A stretch of 53,479 nucleotides of DNA from Candidatus Doudnabacteria bacterium. GTDB lineage: Bacteria; Patescibacteriota; Doudnabacteria; UBA920. The translations under genes were made by a program, and so were the position numbers. The first letter of the stretch is position 1; every line of letters starts with the position of its first letter. The stretch lies in NCBI GenBank assembly GCA_023245895.1, contig JAHFJJ010000005.1:1-53479 (forward strand), given 5' to 3'. This document shows, piece after piece, positions 40,871-46,293 of this stretch. Under the pieces are notes generated by a model, which was given only the letters and a program-made list of their open reading frames with translations, was not told where the DNA came from and did no database searches.

Positions 40871-41006
40871 TTATCAAGAGTTCCCCGCCAAGGCGGGGGC
40901 GGCAACCTGCTTAAGAATTAAGTTCCTACCTTTTGCAAGGTGCTATCTTTGGAACCCTCACCCTAGCCCTCTCCCAGAGGGAGAGGGAACAAGGCACAGA
41001 GGATAA
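40871..41006 (+). promoter_or_regulatory. SAM riboswitch of the SAM-I clan (simplified P2, SAM-I/IV-like)
   Basis: S-box landmarks appear in order. They are TTATCAAGAG (40871-40880), P2 hairpin CCCCGCC-AAG-GCGGGGG, and GGCAACC. Next come P3 CCTGC...GCAAGG and AAGGTGCTA. The P4 hairpin is the F3 repeat (40953-40987), and the 3' P1 strand is CAGAGGATAA (GATAA pairs with TTATC). It lies directly upstream of metK. Confidence 0.65.
40953..40987. repeat. family F3 hairpin repeat lying in the P4 position of the SAM riboswitch
   Basis: AACCCTCACCCTAGCCCTCTCCCAGAGGGAGAGGG. Confidence 0.8.
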
Positions 41007-41023
41007 AAAAAGGGATTTTTTTA

Positions 41024-42199
41024 ATGAAAAATAATAATCAGGTAAAACTTTTTACTTCCGAATCCGTAACCGAAGGGCATCCGGACAAAGTTTGCGACCA
41101 AATTAGCGATGCCATTTACGACGAAATGTTAAGGCATGACAAAAAGGCGCACGCGGGCATTGAGTGCTTTGCCACCACGGGTTTGGTATTGGTGGGCGGG
41201 GAAGCGCGCACCAAAGCTTACGTTGATATCCAGGCCGTGGTTAGGCGCACGCTCAAAAAAATTGGCTACGACAAACCCGAGTATGGTTTTTGTTATAGTG
41301 ATGTCGGCGTAATATCCACCCTGCACGAACAGTCGCCCGACATTGCCCAGGGAGTGGATGAAGGAAAGGGCGAATTTAAGGAGATGGGCGCGGGCGACCA
41401 GGGTTTGATGTTTGGTTTTGCCTGCGATGAAACCAAAGAGCTTATGCCTTTGCCAATATCGCTGGCGCATAAATTAACCCGCAAGCTGGCGGAAGTCAGG
41501 AAGAATCAAAAATTGCCTTACCTTAGGCCGGATGGAAAATCTCAGGTGACTATAGAATACATCGGCGGGAAGCCAAAGCGCGTGGCGACGGTGGTTATCG
41601 CGGCGCACCACAGCGAAGACGTGACTACAGAAAAACTCCGCGCCGACATTACCAGCCAGGTCATAAAACCGGTCCTGGGAAAATGGTTTAATAAGAATAT
41701 ACAAATTTACATTAACTCCACCGGCAGGTTTGTGCTTGGCGGCCCGCCGGCGGATGCCGGGCTTACGGGCCGTAAAATAATTGTGGACACTTACGGCGGT
41801 TACGCTCCCCACGGCGGCGGCTCTTTTTCCGGCAAGTGCGTGACTAAGGTTGACAGGAGCGCGGCTTATGCCGCCCGCTACATCGCGAAGAATATAGTAG
41901 CATCAGGCCTTGCCAAAAAATGCCTGGTGCAGTTGGCTTACGCCATTGGCGTGGCCAAACCGGTTTCGATTTTTGTGGACACCTATGGTAGCGGAAAAAT
42001 TTTGGATTCAAAATTGGAAAAAATGGTTGAACAGATTTTCCCGCTAAAACCGTCGGACATTATCCGCAAACTAAATCTGGAAAGGCCCATTTACGAACAA
42101 ACCGCGGCCTATGGCCACTTTGGCAGGAGTGATATTAGCCTGCCTTGGGAACGCTTAGATAGAATTAAAGAGATAAAAAAATTAGCAAAATCAAAATAA
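41024..42199 (+). CDS. metK: S-adenosylmethionine synthetase
   Basis: [26 protein letters not shown] and [16 protein letters not shown]. 391 aa. Confidence 0.97.
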   Translation: MKNNNQVKLFTSESVTEGHPDKVCDQISDAIYDEMLRHDKKAHAGIECFATTGLVLVGGEARTKAYVDIQAVVRRTLKKIGYDKPEYGFCYSDVGVISTLHEQSPDIAQGVDEGKGEFKEMGAGDQGLMFGFACDETKELMPLPISLAHKLTRKLAEVRKNQKLPYLRPDGKSQVTIEYIGGKPKRVATVVIAAHHSEDVTTEKLRADITSQVIKPVLGKWFNKNIQIYINSTGRFVLGGPPADAGLTGRKIIVDTYGGYAPHGGGSFSGKCVTKVDRSAAYAARYIAKNIVASGLAKKCLVQLAYAIGVAKPVSIFVDTYGSGKILDSKLEKMVEQIFPLKPSDIIRKLNLERPIYEQTAAYGHFGRSDISLPWERLDRIKEIKKLAKSK

Positions 42200-42203
42200 T
42201 TTT

Positions 42204-42887
42204 ATGGGCGGAGAATTTTTAAATACTGAACCAAAAAAAGAAACCCCTGGCTCAAAAAAAGTTTTGGAGTTGATGGAAATTTCCGGAGAAGAACTTGAGG
42301 AGTTAAAGGCGAGGATTGCCGCGCAGAACGGCAAGGTATCGCTTTTTGTCCACCCGCTTCACCATATTTACCACGTGCCCGAAGGCGAAGCGCTTTTGGC
42401 CGACCAGCACGATTATAAAAGGCTTGCTGAAGTAAGGGACGGCTTTGGGTTTGTTACCGCCAACACAGACCACAACTTCGCGGTTTTTGTAATGGAAGAA
42501 GAGACTAACCTGGAAGCGACTAAAAAGTTTTTGGCAGATGAAAACTCATCGGCAGGCGCCCGCCCGGTTTATGTTATTGCAACAAAGGCCGGTACCGCAG
42601 AGCCTGATAACGGTTATAAGGGATCAAAAGACAATTGGGACGCTTTAAGGCGCAAATTTAGTGATTTGGCTGTAAAGGAAGCGCAAGTTGGAGGCATGTT
42701 TTTTTGGCCGAAGGAAAATGACGCGGAACAAGACCCGCTGAATTTAGGCAGTGGCTGCGTGGGGGACGCAATTCAAGAGCTTCGCCCGGTATGCCATACC
42801 AGGATATCCCATTTTACAAACCCGGGTTCCAGGAAAGATGTAATACTAATGCCCGGCAAAGGAACAAAGTTTAAACAAGACATATAA
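42204..42887 (+). CDS. hypothetical protein (227 aa) co-transcribed with metK
   Basis: ATG lies 4 nt after the metK stop. No SD. No family recognised. Confidence 0.75.
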   Translation: MGGEFLNTEPKKETPGSKKVLELMEISGEELEELKARIAAQNGKVSLFVHPLHHIYHVPEGEALLADQHDYKRLAEVRDGFGFVTANTDHNFAVFVMEEETNLEATKKFLADENSSAGARPVYVIATKAGTAEPDNGYKGSKDNWDALRRKFSDLAVKEAQVGGMFFWPKENDAEQDPLNLGSGCVGDAIQELRPVCHTRISHFTNPGSRKDVILMPGKGTKFKQDI

Positions 42888-42948
42888 TGGCTTGGTTAAG
42901 AAGGAAATCTTAAAAGCGCATTCGACAAAAGGCCCTTAAAATTAACCC

Positions 42949-42998
42949 TTGACAATAAGGGGTTTTTATCTTATTATAAGCAGTTATTCTGCTATAAT
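42949..42998 (+). promoter_or_regulatory. tandem promoters heading orphan array B
   Basis: P1 is TTGACA (42949-42954), 17 nt, TATTAT (42972-42977). P2 is TGC-TATAAT (42990-42998). Confidence 0.55.
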
Positions 42999-43025
42999 CC
43001 TCATTAACAAATTGTAGGCTTTTGT

Positions 43026-43064
43026 AAGTCCCAAGTCTGGAATTTCATTGCAGATTTAGGAGTT
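43026..43064 (+). repeat. family H hairpin (copy B1, in the leader of the first DksA-like gene)
   Basis: AAGTCCCAAGTCTG...CAGATTTAGGAGTT, with 12 of 14 positions paired. Confidence 0.6.
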
Positions 43065-43130
43065 CCGAAAGCAAGGAACACAGACGCGCCTAGAAAACTG
43101 AAAGCCAACCATAACAGGAGGAAGTAGAAA

Positions 43131-43478
43131 TTGAAGAAGAGTGATATAGAAAAGTACCGGCAGGTTCTTGTTGCAAAGTTGGAACAACACCTTGGTTCTG
43201 CCAAGCGCAAGGTCAGGGCGGCCACAGCCAGGATTGACTCAAGGGCCATAGACGACATAGCTCAGGCAGAGAACGATAGGGAGCTGTTGAGTCGTGGGGC
43301 CGCAAGCGACAATAAGGTCGCGGCGGCAATCGCTCGGGCCATTGCCCGGATAGACCATGGCACCTACGGAATCTGTCTGGGTTGTGAGGAAGAAATGCCT
43401 AAAAAGAGGCTGGATGCGGTTCCATGGGCCGCGCTTTGCGTTCCCTGCAAGGACCAGGAAGGGAACGGGAAAAAGTAA
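43131..43478 (+). CDS. TraR/DksA family C4 zinc-finger protein (115 aa)
   Basis: TTG start 9 nt after AGGAGG (43116-43121). N-terminal coiled coil, then CLGCEEEMPKKRLDAVPWAALCVPC (C-x2-C-x17-C-x2-C). Confidence 0.85.
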   Translation: MKKSDIEKYRQVLVAKLEQHLGSAKRKVRAATARIDSRAIDDIAQAENDRELLSRGAASDNKVAAAIARAIARIDHGTYGICLGCEEEMPKKRLDAVPWAALCVPCKDQEGNGKK

Positions 43479-43524
43479 TTTCATCAACCGGGATACACAT
43501 CAACTAAGCTGGCGTGTATCCCGA

Positions 43525-43582
43525 AACTCCTAAGTTCGTAAATCTGCCAGCCATTAAGCGGCGGATTGTGGGTTTAGGAGTT
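43525..43582 (+). repeat. family H hairpin (copy B2)
   Basis: AACTCCTAAGTTCGTAAATCTGCC-loop-GGCGGATTGTGGGTTTAGGAGTT. About a 23-bp helix with one bulge and 7 G-U pairs. The unit-specific hairpin CGGGATACAC/GTGTATCCCG (43489-43523) precedes it. Confidence 0.75.
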
Positions 43583-43669
43583 CCCAAAAGGAGGAGCTAG
43601 TTTTTTGTCTCGTTTCGCGCGCGTTAACGTTAGCAACTCAACTGATCGGATCTGAAAGGCAGGAAAAAC

Positions 43670-44077
43670 ATGCAGGACAAGAAAGTGCAGAAGTTCAAAC
43701 AGCGGCTGACTGAGGAGTATCAGAAGTTAATTCGGTCCATCAACCGGAGCCGGCTGGCCGAAGAGGAAATCACCCTGGAGAACACCGAAGATGAGGGTGA
43801 ACTGGCCACGATTAGCCACAACAAGGAGCTACTTTACAACCTCCATGAGAGCGACTTTCAAAGATTGAAGTCAATCCAGGAGGCGCTCAAACGGATGGAC
43901 CGCGGCGAGTACGGAGAGTGCCTGCGATGTTCCGAGTACATAAACGAAAAGCGTCTGCTGGCGGTGCCGTGGGCGACGCTGTGCATTACTTGCCAGGAAG
44001 AAGCGGAAAGCAAACAATCTTCCGGGCGGCCGGTTCGGGTAATAGTCGGCAAGCATGACGACGAAGACGACGACTAG
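43670..44077 (+). CDS. TraR/DksA family C4 zinc-finger protein (135 aa), paralogue of 43131-43478
   Basis: Coiled coil with the acidic tip EDEGELA, then CLRCSEYINEKRLLAVPWATLCITC. Acidic tail DDEDDD. Confidence 0.85.
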   Translation: MQDKKVQKFKQRLTEEYQKLIRSINRSRLAEEEITLENTEDEGELATISHNKELLYNLHESDFQRLKSIQEALKRMDRGEYGECLRCSEYINEKRLLAVPWATLCITCQEEAESKQSSGRPVRVIVGKHDDEDDD

Positions 44078-44125
44078 CCAATGATTCTTAGGAGCGGGAA
44101 GTGAATAAATACCACTTTCCGCTCC

Positions 44126-44167
44126 GACTCCCAAGTTTGTAAATAGTTTTTTGTAGATTTGGGAGTC
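44126..44167 (+). repeat. family H hairpin (copy B3)
   Basis: GACTCCCAAGTTTGTAAA-loop-TTTGTAGATTTGGGAGTC, an 18-bp helix including G-U pairs. The unit-specific hairpin GGAGCGGGAAGTG/CACTTTCCGCTCC (44091-44125) precedes it. Confidence 0.75.
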
Positions 44168-44188
44168 TACTACATGCAGGAGGACCTC

Positions 44189-44698
44189 ATGAGAAAAGAT
44201 GTTTTTTTGTTTTTGTGCCTATTTACGGGCCTTTGTTTCGCTGGCGCGAACCAAGTATACCAGACTCAGGCGGCGAACAATGAAAGGGAATCCGAGCGCC
44301 AAGTATACATTTATTGGAGCAACCCTAAAATCTTGCGGGCTAAGTTTCTTCTGGTAAGTGAAACCCTTTCGCGGGACAAGGAGGCTATGCTGGAAGGCAA
44401 CATTAGTACCGGAGAGGTTCGCTATACCGGCAAGTCGGGCAGTTTTACAGTTTTCTATTTTGACCGAACCACCCGGGGCGGCTGGCAGGAGCTGGGGCGG
44501 GCAATTCCAGAAAAAGGCTTGAAAGTTAACAAAGCACGGAGACCCAACTGCCCGGTTATGTTCTGGTTGGAAGAGAAGTCCTACAACCTTTTTACGCTAT
44601 TTGAGAGTACCACCCGAGAGGTGTGCGTAGGTTGGAGCACGAACGACCTGGTTTTAAGGAAAGAAAAGGAAGGGAAAAATAATGGCAGGCAAAATTAA
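44189..44698 (+). CDS. secreted hypothetical protein (169 aa)
   Basis: AGGAGG (44178-44183) lies 5 nt before ATG 44189. Signal peptide MRKDVFLFLCLFTGLCFAGANQ. No family recognised. Confidence 0.75.
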   Translation: MRKDVFLFLCLFTGLCFAGANQVYQTQAANNERESERQVYIYWSNPKILRAKFLLVSETLSRDKEAMLEGNISTGEVRYTGKSGSFTVFYFDRTTRGGWQELGRAIPEKGLKVNKARRPNCPVMFWLEEKSYNLFTLFESTTREVCVGWSTNDLVLRKEKEGKNNGRQN

Positions 44699-44963
44699 CA
44701 GAGACTTGGAAAGAAACCAGCTTCTGCAAAGCCTAAAGCGGCTGGAAGATGTTCCCAAGGACTCTGGGGCGTTCCGCCAGGTCGCGCGAAGGCTGGCGGA
44801 GAGTTTTAACCTCTGCCTAAGTTTAGCCCAGGGCTTCAGCCGGGACCACGCAAGCGACGTGTTTTTGGAAGTCCAGCCATTGCCTAATAATTTGGCCGAC
44901 ATGAAAGAGGCCGGTTACCTGCAGGCAATCCAGCTGGTAAAAAGGCAGCTGGAAAAGAAATAA
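44682..44963 (+). CDS. hypothetical protein (93 aa)
   Basis: The ATG overlaps the previous gene by 17 nt. A purine-rich AAGGAAGGGA lies upstream. Helical. No family recognised. Confidence 0.6.
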   Translation: MAGKINRDLERNQLLQSLKRLEDVPKDSGAFRQVARRLAESFNLCLSLAQGFSRDHASDVFLEVQPLPNNLADMKEAGYLQAIQLVKRQLEKK

Positions 44964-45019
44964 CAACAACAGCGGGATAGTGAGTATAACTATTAATTTA
45001 TTTATACTCACTATCCCTG

Positions 45020-45065
45020 AACTCCCAAGTTCGGATCCGCTTAGGCGGATGCAGGTTTGGGAGTT
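45020..45065 (+). repeat. family H hairpin (copy B4)
   Basis: AACTCCCAAGTTCGGATCCGC-TTAG-GCGGATGCAGGTTTGGGAGTT. The 15-bp unit-specific hairpin GGGATAGTGAGTATA/TATACTCACTATCCC (44974-45017) precedes it. Confidence 0.75.
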
Positions 45066-45085
45066 AGGAAATAAGGAGGAGTCTA

Positions 45086-45352
45086 GTGGCTAAAAAGAGT
45101 AAAGCGGTTTCCGCTTCGGAGATTGCGAAAGCAAAAGACAAGCTGCTTAAATGCGAGCAGACTATGAGTCGGGTAGGCCGCATTAAGGAGCTTAGCGATT
45201 TGTTGGAAGCTTACAGCGGAAAAATTGTCCCGGTCGACGCCAGGGGGGCACTGTATGTCAGATTGACCAATGAACAAAGCGAAGAGAAGCGCATGGCCGC
45301 TCTCGCAGAGTTCGTGGACAAGTATCTTACCAGTTCACCCGAGGCTGAGTAA
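45086..45352 (+). CDS. hypothetical protein (88 aa)
   Basis: AAGGAGG (45073-45079) lies 6 nt before the GTG. Lys-rich N-terminus, helical. Confidence 0.7.
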   Translation: MAKKSKAVSASEIAKAKDKLLKCEQTMSRVGRIKELSDLLEAYSGKIVPVDARGALYVRLTNEQSEEKRMAALAEFVDKYLTSSPEAE

Positions 45353-45385
45353 TAATTGTATTTTTCGACTAACCTGGAGGAACGG

Positions 45386-45658
45386 ATGAAGCACTTGCCG
45401 CGAATGGTTTTGGCGGTTTTTTTGATTTTGGGTTGGGGATTGTATTTCCAAGGCCGTAGCGATGCCCGCAAGGTGGAGCAGGCCGAGATTTACCTGAAAG
45501 ACCTAAAAAATTTGGATGATTTTTTGCAACGGGCAGTAATGCCCACCATCCAATACTATAGTTGCAAAGACTCCAGGCCGGTTGGTTTGGAATTCTGCCC
45601 GGCCGCGACCATTACCGACGCAGGAGGAAAAGGCGTCCAAATTAAGCTACAACAATGA
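45386..45658 (+). CDS. membrane-anchored / secreted small protein (90 aa)
   Basis: GGAGG (45376-45380) lies 5 nt before ATG 45386. N-terminal helix MVLAVFLILGWGLYF. Two Cys. Confidence 0.7.
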   Translation: MKHLPRMVLAVFLILGWGLYFQGRSDARKVEQAEIYLKDLKNLDDFLQRAVMPTIQYYSCKDSRPVGLEFCPAATITDAGGKGVQIKLQQ

Positions 45659-45791
45659 CATTGGCAGAAAGTTGCGAATTTTATTCCCAACTTTCTGCCC
45701 ACCACTTTGGGTGTAACCAATATAGGTTATACTTAGGGTGGTGGGAACGCACAGTTGTCTGAGGCGGTCTCATTTACAGGAGGATACCCTT

Positions 45792-46061
45792 ATGAGGGAA
45801 TCCGAGAGCTTGTTAGTCGGCAGTCTGGCGGTAACGATGATTCTCGCGTTTATTACGCTCATCGTTCTGCTGGCCCAGCCGGGGCATCATTTGCCCTTGC
45901 TTGTGATTCTGAACACGCTTGCTCTAATGCGGCTCGCGGCGAGGTTTTATGTTTATCTTAACGACTCGCCCAGCGCGAAAGCGGCACGCCGCGAAAAAGA
46001 AATAACAACACTAATAGTACTACCAAGGTTTTACTGGCTGCCTTCCGGCAGCTGTTCGTAG
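45792..46061 (+). CDS. small membrane protein (89 aa)
   Basis: AGGAGG (45778-45783) lies 8 nt before ATG 45792. Two TM helices. Upstream hairpins lie at 45663-45699 and 45698-45746. Confidence 0.7.
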   Translation: MRESESLLVGSLAVTMILAFITLIVLLAQPGHHLPLLVILNTLALMRLAARFYVYLNDSPSAKAARREKEITTLIVLPRFYWLPSGSCS

Positions 46062-46066
46062 CCTTA

Positions 46067-46145
46067 GTCAGGGAATTTGTGGGAAAGCCAACCCACAAAT
46101 TCCCTGACGCCATCCTAATTCTCGCCCACAGATGGGCGTTTTTTT
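46067..46145 (+). terminator. double hairpin closing orphan array B
   Basis: A 17-bp perfect stem GTCAGGGAATTTGTGGG / CCCACAAATTCCCTGAC (46067-46108) is followed by CGCCC-CAGAT-GGGCG plus T7 (46123-46145). Confidence 0.8.
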
Positions 46146-46154
46146 GTTGCTATT

Positions 46155-46191
46155 AACCCTCACCCCGGCCCTCTCCCAGGGGGAGAGGGGG
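46155..46191. repeat. family F3 hairpin repeat flanked by a 16-bp direct duplication
   Basis: AACCCTCACCCCGGCCCTCTCCCAGGGGGAGAGGGGG. Its first 35 nt are identical to the in-frame copy at 47077-47111. It is flanked by GGGCGTTTTTTTGTTG at 46134-46149 and 46201-46216. Confidence 0.9.
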
Positions 46192-46228
46192 AGGAGGTAC
46201 GGGCGTTTTTTTGTTGGGTTTTTTGGTT

Positions 46229-46257
46229 TTGGAAGATTTTAAAATTTAGGCTACAAT
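46229..46257 (+). promoter_or_regulatory. sigma70-type promoter of the tkt operon
   Basis: TTGGAA at 46229-46234, 17 nt, and TACAAT at 46252-46257. Confidence 0.5.
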
Positions 46258-46293
46258 AGAAAGACCCTAAAATTAGACGATTTATTGAGCCTT

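Noticed and set aside
40319-40877. Overlapping ORFs 40319-40504(-), 40444-40710(+) and 40560-40877(-).
   Set aside because: These are alternative frames of a GC-rich segment. Only the frame starting at 40413 has a signal peptide, a plausible SD spacing and a following terminator. The last one also runs through the metK promoter.
43525-43582. Canonical integron attC sites / integron.
   Set aside because: The outer arms do not match the R''/R' core (RYYYAAC...GTTRRRY). The G-T pairing pattern indicates the sense strand folds, whereas attC recombines via the bottom strand. No intI or attI is in the window. It is kept only as an analogy in the findings.
43026-45065. CRISPR array interpretation of the recurring H hairpins (and of F4 at 30627-36118).
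   Set aside because: The copies are 0.5-0.9 kb apart with complete genes between them, are only ~60-80% similar, and are imperfect palindromes of variable length. No cas genes are present.
42949-46145. Prophage or integrative element interpretation of array B (and array A).
   Set aside because: There are no integrase, excisionase, terminase, capsid, portal, tail or replication genes, and no att-like direct repeats at the borders. TraR/DksA-like genes alone are insufficient.
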